Below are positions 1 through 10,800 of a stretch of DNA of 64,000 bases, piece after piece. The position numbers and the translations under genes were made by a program. Every line of letters begins with the position of its first letter. The stretch's first letter is position 1. The notes beneath the pieces are model-generated. The model saw only the letters and a program-made list of their open reading frames with translations. It did not search any database and had not been told where the DNA came from. The stretch spans positions 448,001 through 512,000 of the forward strand of contig CAWCKY010000007.1 of NCBI GenBank assembly GCA_963796275.1, given 5' to 3'. This DNA is from an uncultured Acidobacteriota bacterium. Its GTDB lineage: Bacteria > Acidobacteriota > Blastocatellia > RBC074.

Positions 1-1419
1 GAGGCCGACGATTCAGAGCGCGCGGCGCGCTGCGCGTTCTGGCTAGCGCTCAGCTTCTTGTTTCGGGGGGACGTGGGCCAGTCGAACGCCTGGTCCGCGC
101 GCGGGCACAGGCTTGTTCAGGACCGCGACTGTGTAGATCGCGGCTACATGCTGCTGGCGGCCGCGACACAGCTGCTACATGATGGTCAGGCGGAGTCTGC
201 ACACGGTGCGGCCACCGAGGCCGCGGTTATCGGCGAGCGCTACCACGACATTGATCTGACGGCTGCCGCGCGCCACCTGCAGGGCAAAGCCTTCGTCCGC
301 CAGGGTCGGGTTGCGCCCGGTCTGAAGCTCCTCGACGAGACGATGCTCGGAGTGATCGCGGGCGAACTCTCGCCAATGATGACGGGGTTGATCTACTGCA
401 GCGTGATCCAGGCCTGTCGTGACGTCCATGAGGTCCGTCGCGCCCGCGAGTGGACATTCGCGTTGTCGCGGTGGTGCGAGCAACAATCCGAGATTGTGGC
501 ATTCACCGGAGTGTGCCTGGTACATCGCTCGGAGATCATGCAGTTCCACGGGGCGTGGGCTGAAGCGCTCGACGAGGCTTTCCGCGCATGCGACCGCGCC
601 CGACAATCCGCCCGCAAGCCCCCCGGCGCGGCCCTCTACCAACAGGCCGAGATCTACCGGCTGCGCGGCGAGTGTGCGAAAGCCGATGAGGCGTATCGTG
701 ACGCGAGCCGGCTGGGATACGAGCCCCAACCGGGGCTGGCCTTGCTACGGCTCGCACAAGGACGCACCGACGCGGCATCCGCCTCAATCCGCCGGCTCCT
801 GATTTCGACTACCGATCGGTTGCAACGCGGCAGATTGCTGCCAGCCTATCTCGAGATCATGCTGGCGGCGGGTGACGTCGAAAACTCGCGCAACGCCTGC
901 CAGGAACTTCAGGCGCTCGCGGAGGCATTCGACACCGAGATTCTGCGAGCCGTAGCCGAGCAGGCGGAGGGCGCCTTTGCGCTCGGCCATGGTGAACCTC
1001 AGGCGGCGATTGCTCCATTGCGTCGGGCGTTCGAGCTCTGGGCGCGGCTGGAGGCGCCCTACGAGGCGGCACGTGTGCGCGTGCTCGTCGGACAGGCGTG
1101 TCAGGCACTAGGTGATGACGAGGCAGCCGAACTCGAGTTTGATGCCGCGCGATCCGTGTTCGTTCAGCTTGGCGCCCAGCCCGACCTCGCGCGTCTTGAC
1201 ACCACGCGCGGCTCCACGTCACTGCCCGGTCCGCTCACCGCGCGTGAGATCGACGTGCTTCGCTTGATTGCCGCCGGTTACACGAACAAGGGCATCGCCG
1301 GCGAGCTGTTTCTGAGCGAGCGCACGATCGACCGCCACGTGAGCAATATACTTAGCAAGCTCGATGTCCCTTCCCGGGCCGCCGCGGTCGCATACTCCTA
1401 CGACCATAAGCTGATCTGA
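1..1419 (+). CDS. LuxR-family (MalT-like, TPR + C-terminal HTH) transcriptional regulator, 5' truncated by window edge
   Basis: C-terminal LTAREIDVLRLIAAGYTNKGIAGELFLSERTIDRHVSNILSKL is a LuxR HTH; helical TPR-like body; frame is open from position 1. Confidence 0.9.
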   Translation, partial: EADDSERAARCAFWLALSFLFRGDVGQSNAWSARGHRLVQDRDCVDRGYMLLAAATQLLHDGQAESAHGAATEAAVIGERYHDIDLTAAARHLQGKAFVRQGRVAPGLKLLDETMLGVIAGELSPMMTGLIYCSVIQACRDVHEVRRAREWTFALSRWCEQQSEIVAFTGVCLVHRSEIMQFHGAWAEALDEAFRACDRARQSARKPPGAALYQQAEIYRLRGECAKADEAYRDASRLGYEPQPGLALLRLAQGRTDAASASIRRLLISTTDRLQRGRLLPAYLEIMLAAGDVENSRNACQELQALAEAFDTEILRAVAEQAEGAFALGHGEPQAAIAPLRRAFELWARLEAPYEAARVRVLVGQACQALGDDEAAELEFDAARSVFVQLGAQPDLARLDTTRGSTSLPGPLTAREIDVLRLIAAGYTNKGIAGELFLSERTIDRHVSNILSKLDVPSRAAAVAYSYDHKLI

Positions 1420-1431
1420 CGCCTCCTTCCC

Positions 1432-1482
1432 TGGCGGATATTACCCAAATCACGAATTCCGAAAATTGGGTGGTTTTGCCGA
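1432..1482. promoter_or_regulatory. Candidate operator: two imperfect copies of a TGGG-N8-CCCA-like palindrome between the LuxR gene and the FAD oxidoreductase
   Basis: TGGCGGATATTACCCA (1432-1447) and TGGGTGGTTTTGCCGA (1467-1482). Confidence 0.35.
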
Positions 1483-1604
1483 TGCGCCGGCTGTGGCTCC
1501 TGTCGCATATTTGACTTGCGGGGCACATCCCGCAGCTCGAACACGAGGACGGCTTTTGCGGCTAACTGTCAATCAGATAACCCATGACATAAGCGAGGAA
1601 CGTT

Positions 1605-2804
1605 ATGTACGACGCGATCATCGTCGGCGCGCGATGCGCCGGTGCTCCGACAGCGATGCTCCTTGCCCAGAAGGGCTATCGGGTGTTGCTCGTCGATAAG
1701 GCCAGTTTTCCAAGCGATACTATTTCCACTCACATCATCTGGCCGCACGGCGCCGAGATCATGCAGCGCTGGGGTTTGTTGGATCGCCTCGCTGCCACCG
1801 GCTGCCCACCGGTGGCGCTCCGCTTGACCTTCGATGTAGGTCCGTTCGCACTGAAAGGCGGGGTCATCGATCGCAACGCCGGACGAGGCGGATTCTGCCC
1901 GCGCCGTACAGTGCTGGACAAACTGCTTGTCGATGCGGCAGTCGAAGCAGGAGCGGAGCTGCGAGAAAGGTTCACTGTAGATGAACTGGTCTGGACCGAC
2001 GATCAGGTCGCCGGGATCAAGGGGCACAGCCGTACTGGCGGCATCGTCCAGGAGCGGGCGCGAGTCGTGATCGGCGCTGATGGTATTCACTCGTTGGTGG
2101 CCAGGTCCGTTCGAGCGCCGGAGTACGACGTGAAGCCGCCGCTCATCACAAACTATTACAGCTACTACAGCGGATTCCCCGCCGACGATCTCGAGCAGTA
2201 CATCCGCGAGTACCAGGGTGCCGGCTGCTTCCCGACACACGACGGTCTCACACTCATCGCGGCCGTGTGGCCGAGCAGCAGATTTGAGGAAATACGCACT
2301 GATATCGAGGGTCACGTCATGAAAGTGGTTGAGTCGATACCAAGCGTGGCGGACCGGCTGCTCAATGCACGGCGTGAAACGAAGTGGGCCGGGACGGCCG
2401 GCGTCGCCAACTATTTCCGACAGCCGTATGGGCCGGGCTGGGCGCTCGTTGGAGACGCGGGATACGATAAAGACCCTATTACCGCGCAAGGGATCAGCGA
2501 CGCATTCATCGATGCGGAGGCGCTGACGACAGCTCTGGACGATAGCTGGTCCGCCCGGCGTCCGCTGGATATCGCGCTGGCAGAATATCAGGCGAGCCGC
2601 GATCAGCGCGCCAAGCCGATGTACGACTTCACGTGTCAGCTGGCGATGTTGGAGCCACCGCCGCCACTCATGCAGCAGCTCTTCGCAGCCCTGCACGGTA
2701 ACCAAGAGGCCACGAACCAGTTCTATTCGGCGCTGACTGGCTCGACTCCGTTACCGGCATTCATGAATCCGGAGAATCTCGATCGAATTATGGCGAGGGA
2801 CTGA
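1605..2804 (+). CDS. NAD(P)/FAD-dependent oxidoreductase (geranylgeranyl reductase/halogenase-like FAD_binding_3 fold)
   Basis: N-terminal YDAIIVGARCAG dinucleotide motif, IGADG, and GWALVGDAG...DPITAQGI motifs; GAGGA RBS. Confidence 0.88.
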   Translation: MYDAIIVGARCAGAPTAMLLAQKGYRVLLVDKASFPSDTISTHIIWPHGAEIMQRWGLLDRLAATGCPPVALRLTFDVGPFALKGGVIDRNAGRGGFCPRRTVLDKLLVDAAVEAGAELRERFTVDELVWTDDQVAGIKGHSRTGGIVQERARVVIGADGIHSLVARSVRAPEYDVKPPLITNYYSYYSGFPADDLEQYIREYQGAGCFPTHDGLTLIAAVWPSSRFEEIRTDIEGHVMKVVESIPSVADRLLNARRETKWAGTAGVANYFRQPYGPGWALVGDAGYDKDPITAQGISDAFIDAEALTTALDDSWSARRPLDIALAEYQASRDQRAKPMYDFTCQLAMLEPPPPLMQQLFAALHGNQEATNQFYSALTGSTPLPAFMNPENLDRIMARD

Positions 2805-2855
2805 GCAGGAGGATGATGCTGCCAATTGGCAGCTGCAACCCCAGCTGGAATTGGG

Positions 2856-4928
2856 TTAGTAGCTTGAGCGGTCGAGCATTGGAAGCCTTTCGCGCATGCG
2901 CATCTGCCACTTGCGGCGCGGGGCCTCATCCGTTTCGAACTGAACCAGAGTCTCTCTGAGCGTCTCACCGCCCGCCTGCCGGGTATTCAGGTAGAGCAAT
3001 ACCATGCTGATGACAATCAAAGGCATTATCATAACGTTCGACAAAGCTATGATGCTTCCCATCAGACTCGCTCCCAAATCCGGATGACCTCTGGTTAGAC
3101 GGGTGATGAGTATGCTGAACATCGTTCCCACCGCCCCCGGAATTACATACTGAAAGAGCACCATCAAAATTACGGTTCCTGGTGTGCGCCGCACCAGGGA
3201 GGTCGAGCGGCGTAGGGCTGCCCAGTTCTTGAGGTTTTCGACGATAACGATGGGCGCATAGAGCGCGAATAGAACGTTCATAACGACCCCGGGCACGATC
3301 AAAAACAATAGACCGCCGAAGAAACAGAGAGTGGCGAGCAGCGCAGTGGAAATGTATGGGCGAAGGCGGCGGCGCAGAATGGCGAAAGCGGCGCGGCTCT
3401 GGTTCTGGATCGGGCGAAGCGGCATCACGATCAACTGAATGATGATGGGCACTATCACGGCTAATGCAGTGAGGCCGCACAATAAATTGACGAGATGGAA
3501 GAGCAGATTGAGCATGAAGCTGACTGTAAGCCCGGCATCTGCCGAAACCACGCCGTTAAGGATCAGCAGATAGCAGCCGAATCGAATCAGCCCCAGAGCG
3601 ATCGCCGGCAGGTATGAGATTGCCGAGATACGCAGGAAGGTCGGGAAATACTCGCTGTAGATGGCGAAAGTCCGGCGAAGTAACGTGCCTGTTCCCTCGG
3701 CGCAGGCACGCAGGGAACTGGCGAATGCCGCCGCACTTGGTGGCCTTTCGGCCGGGTCTTTGGCGAGGGCGGACATAATAAGAGCCGCGATCTTTCTCGG
3801 CGTCTTGGGGCTTACTTCACGCAGCGGTCTGGCCGGCGTTTCGAGGTGCGATTTGATTACCTCCTCCATCTCTCCCATAAAAGGCGTTCGGCCGGAGAGC
3901 ATTTGATATGCGATCACCCCCAGACTGTATATGTCCGATTGAGGACCGAGTCTCTGCCCACGGCACTGTTCCGGCGACATATAGAGTGGTGTTCCCATCA
4001 GCGCGCCGACGCGGGTCAGCCCATCGGTCGGATCAGTCAACAGTGTCGTCTCATCCTGCGTTGCACGCGCTCGCCTTCCCATGTCTTTCGTTGCAGGGTC
4101 AGGCGGCAGCGCCAGCGTAGCGGCCTCCTTGGAGACTTTCGGTGGCAGGGGAGTCGCAGTTTCATTGAGTGACGCCGCCTGCTCTCCATCAACCTGCGAA
4201 GAGTGGGCAAGCTTAGCCAGTCCGAAGTCGAGCACCTTAATGGTGTAGCCGCCGCGCCGGTTCGGCTCGAGCCAAATGTTCTCCGGTTTCAAGTCGCGGT
4301 GGATTGTGCCTTGCTGGTGCGCTTCGTCCACCGCCGAGCAGACTTGTTCCAAAATGTCTACTACCCACATCAGCGGCAGCCGCTCTTCCTCCGCCAGAAT
4401 GTCGGCCAGGGTGCAGCCATCCAGGTATTCCATCACGAGGTAAGCGATGTCGGCCGTGCCGAGCCTGGCGAATCCGAAATCGGTGACGTCTACTACGTTC
4501 GGGTGGCGCAGGCGACCGGCCGCCTCGGCCTCGCGGCGGAAGCGCGTGACGAATTCCTGCTGCGCCATCAGTTGTGGCGCTATGACCTTCAGGGCCACAT
4601 AGCGCCGCGTGCCCAGGTGCATCGCCAGGTAGACCGCGCCCATCCCGCCTTTGCCGAGCGGAGACAGAATCTGATAATGGCCGACCACGCTATTCACACC
4701 GATCGCCCCAGATTCTGTGACGGGCATTTCGGCGGCCAGCTCCAAGACCGATGAATCGAGCGGGTTCTCGTCGCTCCTGTGTGCTCTGAGGAGGGCTTCC
4801 ACCTGGATGCGCAACTCGGCGTCCGCTGGACAGGTCGCGGCGAGAAAAGATTCCCGCTCGCTCGGCGCTCGCTCCAGGGTGGCGTGGAAAAGGTCTTCGA
4901 TCTGCTGCCAGCGATCTGTGGGTTTCAT
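2856..4928 (-). CDS. Hanks-type Ser/Thr protein kinase with C-terminal multi-pass membrane domain
   Basis: LGKGGMGAVY, VALK, HRDLKPEN, DFG, GTPLYMSPE, SDIYSLG; N-terminal RWQQIEDLFHA segment; hydrophobic C-terminal ~270 aa. Confidence 0.93.
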   Translation of the reverse strand: MKPTDRWQQIEDLFHATLERAPSERESFLAATCPADAELRIQVEALLRAHRSDENPLDSSVLELAAEMPVTESGAIGVNSVVGHYQILSPLGKGGMGAVYLAMHLGTRRYVALKVIAPQLMAQQEFVTRFRREAEAAGRLRHPNVVDVTDFGFARLGTADIAYLVMEYLDGCTLADILAEEERLPLMWVVDILEQVCSAVDEAHQQGTIHRDLKPENIWLEPNRRGGYTIKVLDFGLAKLAHSSQVDGEQAASLNETATPLPPKVSKEAATLALPPDPATKDMGRRARATQDETTLLTDPTDGLTRVGALMGTPLYMSPEQCRGQRLGPQSDIYSLGVIAYQMLSGRTPFMGEMEEVIKSHLETPARPLREVSPKTPRKIAALIMSALAKDPAERPPSAAAFASSLRACAEGTGTLLRRTFAIYSEYFPTFLRISAISYLPAIALGLIRFGCYLLILNGVVSADAGLTVSFMLNLLFHLVNLLCGLTALAVIVPIIIQLIVMPLRPIQNQSRAAFAILRRRLRPYISTALLATLCFFGGLLFLIVPGVVMNVLFALYAPIVIVENLKNWAALRRSTSLVRRTPGTVILMVLFQYVIPGAVGTMFSILITRLTRGHPDLGASLMGSIIALSNVMIMPLIVISMVLLYLNTRQAGGETLRETLVQFETDEAPRRKWQMRMRERLPMLDRSSY

Positions 4929-4985
4929 TTATTCTCTTTCTTTCCCCCGCGCATTACGCAGCCATGCGCGCGCGAAGGTCCAGCC
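4929..4985 (-). pseudogene. C-terminal remnant of a kinase-associated ECF sigma factor (TIGR02999-like)
   Basis: Minus strand reads WTFARAWLRNARGKERE*, and its TAA directly abuts the kinase ATG; no intact sigma ORF upstream. Confidence 0.65.
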
Positions 4986-5352
4986 GCATCTCCATTGCTC
5001 CAACGCGCGAGTAATCTGGTTATCTCTTCGATTGGACTGACGGGCATTTTCTTACCTGTTGTGAGGCTAATCGCCTGCCGAGTGCTGCAATTCTTATCTA
5101 TCAGTGGCTATTTTATATTAACAGAATTCCGCCGAAAAATTATTATCAAATTGATGGAAAACGGCTATGGAATCCGCCTGTATTGGTGACAGAAGAATCT
5201 AGCGACGGAAATATCTTTCGGGGAAAGAGATGGTGCGCCGAGCATGAAAGAAATAACAAATAAAATTTAGACAGGATTTCTCAGAATTATGATAAATATG
5301 ATGAATCTCGAAATCCTTTAAATTAAATATTGTCTATCTCCAGAGGTGGCTG

Positions 5353-7617
5353 ATGAAGAGGATAATTCTGATAACGTTTCTTTGTGTCATGACGCTGACC
5401 GCGGTGGCGCAAAATAGGCCTGCCGGACAAAGTTCCGCATCAACCATATCGCCGGCTGACGATGTGGCAGCCGGTAAAAGTGCGGATGAGCTGCGTCGCG
5501 CGTCGTTTGAGAAGGTATGGCTCACGGTCAACGAGAAGCACTTCGACCCGAAATTCGGCGGTGTAGACTGGAATAAGGTGCGGGAGCGGTACGCGCCGCG
5601 CCTGTCGGAAGTCAAAACCGATGGAGAGCTGTACAGGCTTCTGCAGCAAATGCTCGACGAACTGAAGCAGTCGCATTTCCGCATCATCCCGCCTGAGGCG
5701 AAGCTAAACGAAAGCAACAACAATTCGATCGCGGGCGGAATCGGCGTCGATTTTCAAATCATCGAAGGGCGAGCGGTGATTACACGCGTCGACCCTGATT
5801 CCCCAGCTGCGCGTGCCGGTTTGAGACCCGGCTTCCTGATTACGCAAATCGATGACAAATCCACAGAGCAGGTTGGGGGACAGATCAGAGAGAGAATGGC
5901 CATGCGCAAAGAATCGACCGCGATGGCCGATTTTACGATAGTACGAACGTTGCATTCGTACATCAAAGGCAAGCCCGGGACGGACGTCGGTCTCAAGTAC
6001 CTTGATGAACATGATCAGGCGCGTGCGGTAACGGTTAAGCGCGAGCGACTGGGTGGCGAACTCTCGCAGCCGTTTGGAAACTTCCCCGCACAGTATACCG
6101 AGTTCGAGATTAAGCGGCTGGCGGGCGGGGTCGGTTACATCCGCTTCAATATCTGGGTGACGAATCAGATGCAGAAGCTGCGCACTGCCGTCAAAGAGAT
6201 GCACAACGCGCCCGGGCTCATCATAGACCTGCGCGGCAATCCGGGCGGATTCGGGGGGATGGCGTCTGGACTAGCCGGACTATTGGAGACCAGACATGTA
6301 TCGCTCGGTACGATGCATCTGCGTACCAGCCAGCTTAAGTTCGGAGCAATTCCGCAACCGAATGCCTATACCGGGCCGGTTGCTATACTGATCGACTTCG
6401 GCTCTGCGTCCACCAGTGAAGTGTTCGCAGCCGGGATGCAGGAGAACGAGCGCGCGACCGTCGTCGGCGAGCGCAGCATAGGCGCGGCTCTGCCTTCTTA
6501 TTTCGAGAAGCTGCCGACGGGTGCGCTCTTTCAGTACGCAATCGCGGACTTCAAGACGCCCAAGGGGGTGCTCATCGAAGGGCGCGGCGTGATACCAGAC
6601 GTTGAAATTAAGCAAGCGCGCTCCGCCCTGCTCGATGGCCGGGACGCGCCGCTCGAGGCGGCAATCGAACAGCTGCGGCGCCGGGCGCGTGTTGAGCCGG
6701 CAGCGCAGCAACAGACATCTGCTCCAAATTTCAAGGTCTCCGAGAATCTCGAATTCCGTACGGCGAATATCGTCAGCGAGGGAGTACGGCTTCACGCAGA
6801 ACTCTTCTCCCTCAAGTCGCAGACGGGAAGGCCGTTGCCGACGATCATTATGGCGCACGGCTGGGGCGGCACGGCGTCCAACTTTCGCCGCGATGCGATG
6901 GAACTGGCGAACGCCGGTTATCTGGTCGTCACCTTCGATTACCGCGGCTGGGGTCAGAGCGACGGTCGCATAATTCTTCACTCGCCTCCAGAGAAAAAAG
7001 ATGGCCGCCGGTTCTCGGCCCAGGTTGAAGAGTTGCGCGAATATGTCGATCCGATAGAACAGACGACCGACTGGTTCAATGTCATCAATTGGGCGATGGG
7101 CGAGCCGATGGTGGATAAGAGCCGCATCGGGTTGCGTGGATCGAGCTATTCGGGCGGTCACGTGTTTTATGTCGCGGCGCGCGACCCGCGGGTTAAGGCC
7201 ATCGTCAGCCAGGTCGGCGCGTTCGATTCGCGTTGGGTGGTCAACGATCCGAAGGAGGCCAGGGTTACATATGACGAAGCGACAAAACGTGCGCGCGGTG
7301 AAATCGGATATCCTGAACCGCGCGCGCGGGTGATCGGAAACCTGACCGGTGCGCCCATCCGCGACAAACTGCTCCATTATGCGCCGGTCGAAGAAGCTGC
7401 GAAGCTCAAGGGCTGCGCTGCGCTCTTCGTTGTGGCTGAAAATGAAGAGCTATTCGATAACAAAGACCATGCAAAACTCGCATATGACCGGATGCCCGGC
7501 GCCGATAAAAAGTATGTTTCCATCCCGAAAATCAAGCACTATGGCATTTATTTCGAAGAGCGCAACCAGGCGATAAAGCTGGCGATCGAATGGTTCAATC
7601 AATATTTGAAGGAGTAG
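5353..7617 (+). CDS. Secreted S41 (CtpA-like, PDZ) peptidase fused to a C-terminal alpha/beta hydrolase (CocE/NonD/S15-like)
   Basis: Signal peptide; PDZ (SPAARAGLRPG); DLRGNPGG and SASTSE S41 motifs; then HGWGG, FDYRGWGQS and GSSYSGG nucleophile elbow. Confidence 0.85.
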   Translation: MKRIILITFLCVMTLTAVAQNRPAGQSSASTISPADDVAAGKSADELRRASFEKVWLTVNEKHFDPKFGGVDWNKVRERYAPRLSEVKTDGELYRLLQQMLDELKQSHFRIIPPEAKLNESNNNSIAGGIGVDFQIIEGRAVITRVDPDSPAARAGLRPGFLITQIDDKSTEQVGGQIRERMAMRKESTAMADFTIVRTLHSYIKGKPGTDVGLKYLDEHDQARAVTVKRERLGGELSQPFGNFPAQYTEFEIKRLAGGVGYIRFNIWVTNQMQKLRTAVKEMHNAPGLIIDLRGNPGGFGGMASGLAGLLETRHVSLGTMHLRTSQLKFGAIPQPNAYTGPVAILIDFGSASTSEVFAAGMQENERATVVGERSIGAALPSYFEKLPTGALFQYAIADFKTPKGVLIEGRGVIPDVEIKQARSALLDGRDAPLEAAIEQLRRRARVEPAAQQQTSAPNFKVSENLEFRTANIVSEGVRLHAELFSLKSQTGRPLPTIIMAHGWGGTASNFRRDAMELANAGYLVVTFDYRGWGQSDGRIILHSPPEKKDGRRFSAQVEELREYVDPIEQTTDWFNVINWAMGEPMVDKSRIGLRGSSYSGGHVFYVAARDPRVKAIVSQVGAFDSRWVVNDPKEARVTYDEATKRARGEIGYPEPRARVIGNLTGAPIRDKLLHYAPVEEAAKLKGCAALFVVAENEELFDNKDHAKLAYDRMPGADKKYVSIPKIKHYGIYFEERNQAIKLAIEWFNQYLKE

Positions 7618-7877
7618 TCACTGCCTCATCGAGGATCCGAGCTTGTTTAAAATATCGGTAGCTTGAATTTTATCTCAATCGAAATTTACCGTACTTTTAC
7701 AAACATTGGCTACCTTTCGTCACTCCTCTTCGCTTTCAAGTAATCGGTCGTCAGTGGGAAACAACCGCGTATCCCATCGATCTGTGCGTCATATCGCTCC
7801 GGTATTGCGCGTTTTGCATCAGCAAGCGCGGCGGTCGACGGCCGTTATGGTAGTCCCGTAAACACTTATTATTATCG

Positions 7878-10800
7878 TCAAAACGCGATCTTCGCCTTGA
7901 ACTGTATCACGCGCGGCGTATTGGCCTGCGATGTGACGCGGCCGAAGCTCGCATTGGTGATATTGGTCGCGATGCCGCCAAAGCGGACGTTATTGAAGAT
8001 ATTGAACGCATCGGCTCCAAACTCGAACTTCACATTCTCGCGAATGCGGAAAGACCGGGAGACGCTCACATCCTGGTTGAAGAGGTGCGGCACACGCATC
8101 CCGTGTGCATGCGCCGGAGGCGTGTCGCCATAAGTGAATTCAGCCGGAGAGGCGAACGCGTTCCTGTCGATGAACGAGGTGGGATTCGGTCCCAGGATAT
8201 CTCCCTCGCCCCAATCGCCGTTGATCCGCGCCGGCCCGGAGAAGTTCGGGTTATAGTTGGCGAAGCAGGTTCCCGCCTGGGGCAGAACGCAGGCGGCTCC
8301 GATGATCCCGACCGGCGTGCCCGTTGCGTACCGCGTGATCCCCGATATTCTCCATCCTTTGACGATCCCGCGGACCGCCGGATTTTGGGAATTGAACGGC
8401 AGATCATAAGAGAGGAATGCGTTGAAGATGTGGGGCTGGTCGGTGCTCGAAAGAGACTTCTCCTGCTCCCAGAAATAAGCGCTGCGCCCGCCGTTGACAT
8501 TGCCGATCGCTTTGCTGAAGTTGTAGTTGACGTTGAACGTCAGCCCGGCTGATAGGCGTTTCTGAACGACAACCTGCAGGGCGTTGTAATTGGATTGGCC
8601 GACATTTCCGTAGGGATCACCAACGCCTCCATATTGCGGGAACGGTCGCAGCATCTGTGCGATGGTGCCTCGGTAACCGGGGAAGGGAAGGCTCACGTCC
8701 GGAATGATAGCCTGCGCGGCCGCGATGGTAATTTGGTCAGCAGGACCCTGCAGGAGATTCCTCAAAGCCAGATATCTGGGGTGAATCTGATTCGACCAGA
8801 TGCCGCGCCCGGCGCCCGCCAGATATTTGCCATTGCTTCCCGTGTAGGCCACAGTCAGAGACAGAGAAGGGGTCAAAGATCGTTGAATCGAGAGATTCCA
8901 GTTCTGATAACGGGGCGGCTGGCTATTCGGATCGCCGAATAGGAGCGTGCCGCCATTGATTCCCGGGGCATTGAACCCGGTCAGGTAGGTCGCGTCGTAG
9001 ATCGGCCCTTTCTGATATGAAGGTATCCCATTATCCCAATCAAAGGCCGCGCTGATTCCATTGTCCGGATTGCCGAGCGGCGCGCTCGCATTGAATCCGA
9101 TCGTGCCGGTGCCGTCGCGCGCGCCCTCTCTGCCTCCCACTGCGCCTCGACGCGTATACATTATCCCGTATGCTGCGCGAACCACGGTATTCTCATTGAT
9201 GCTGTATGCGAGTCCGATCCGCGGTCCGATAGCTCCGTAGTAAGTGTTGACGGGAGTGCGGCAATTGCAGCTGATCGCATCCGGGGCATAATCGCCTCCG
9301 AACCGCAGGACGCCCGGACGCCCGCCAGCCGCGGGGTTGGGAATGTTTGGATCCAGAAACGTAAATCGGTCCGCGACCTCTTTATAGGGCTGCATAATGT
9401 CGTAGCGCAGCCCGAGATTGAGCGTGAGGCGCGGCCTCACTTTGAAATCATCCTGGACCCAAAAGGCGTAGTTGTAGTATCGGGCGCCGACGCCGACGAA
9501 GTAATCTTCATTGACCGTGGCTGCATTCACCAATCCCAGCAGATAACTCGCATAGGCGTTACCGGTACTCGTGTCCAAGGCGCCGTTGGGTCTGAAACCG
9601 GCGGTCTGGGTATTGCTGAAATCGCCGACGAAGAGCGTTCCCGTGTCGCGAGCCCTGAAGTTGTCGTGGAGCCGCTGATGTTGGAAGCCGAACTTGAACG
9701 CGTGATTTCCGCGCACCCATTGCAGACTGTCCTGTAATGTGAAGTTGTTGTTGGCGTCGAGGAAGTCCCGCGAATCCACGCCGCGCCAGCTGTTAGGAGC
9801 GTTCGGCCCTCCGAAATTCGTCTCCGGGAATGCGTCACGCGCCTCGCCGGGAGGCAATCCGGCCAGACCCGCACTCTCGGTCCATTTGCCATCGACCGTG
9901 GCGTTGTCGATCGGAACGAAGAGACGATTGAAACCGAAGCTGATCTGGTTGAGCAATGAAGGTGTGATGGTCCAGTTATGCTTGACCTGTGCCACCGTCG
10001 GAATCTCCTCGACCAGCCGCGTGTTGGTGTAGGGCAGCGGTAGCGGGACGGTCACCTCTCGATATGGCCCGCTCTGGCTTCTTTTGCCACGGGTGAAGAG
10101 CCCCGATAGCCGGTGGCTGTCATTGATGTTCAGATCGATTTTGACTGTGTAGTTGTCATTGTTGTATCCGACCGGCAACTGGCCCAGATAGTTGTTCTGG
10201 ATGCCGGGGTGGGTGGGAAGCGGAAGTTGTGTCTGGAAAAATTTCGAGATGGAGGAGATACGGTCAAGCGGGATGATATTGCGATCGAACGGTTGACGAG
10301 TGCAGGTGCCACCCGGAGGGCAATTAGTCGTCAGTGGGTCGAATATCGGCACGGGCAACTCGCTGAAATCCCCTTGCCGCATCTTCACGGTAGGCACGGA
10401 GATGAAGCGCGCGTCAGTTTGAACGCGATAGCGCCAGCCATCGTAGACGAAGAAGAAAAAGAGCTTGTTCTTGATGATCGGCCCTCCGATAGTGCCACCG
10501 AACTCGTTCTGATTCTCTTTCGGACGGGTGGGCGAGAAGAACGATCTGGCGTCCAGGAGGGTATTTCTGAAGTACTCGAAGATGGAGCCGTGAAACTGGT
10601 TGGTCCCGGATTTGACCACATAGTTCTCGGAACCCTGCCCGTTGAATTCAACCCCTGTTCCGCTGGTCTCGACCTGGAACTGCTCGATAGCTTCTACCGA
10701 GAATCCCAGATTGATCGAACGACCCTCACCCTGTTGGATCGCATCGGTGATCGGAACGCCCTCGACGAAGACGTCCTTGGAGAAACCCTGGGCGCCATTG

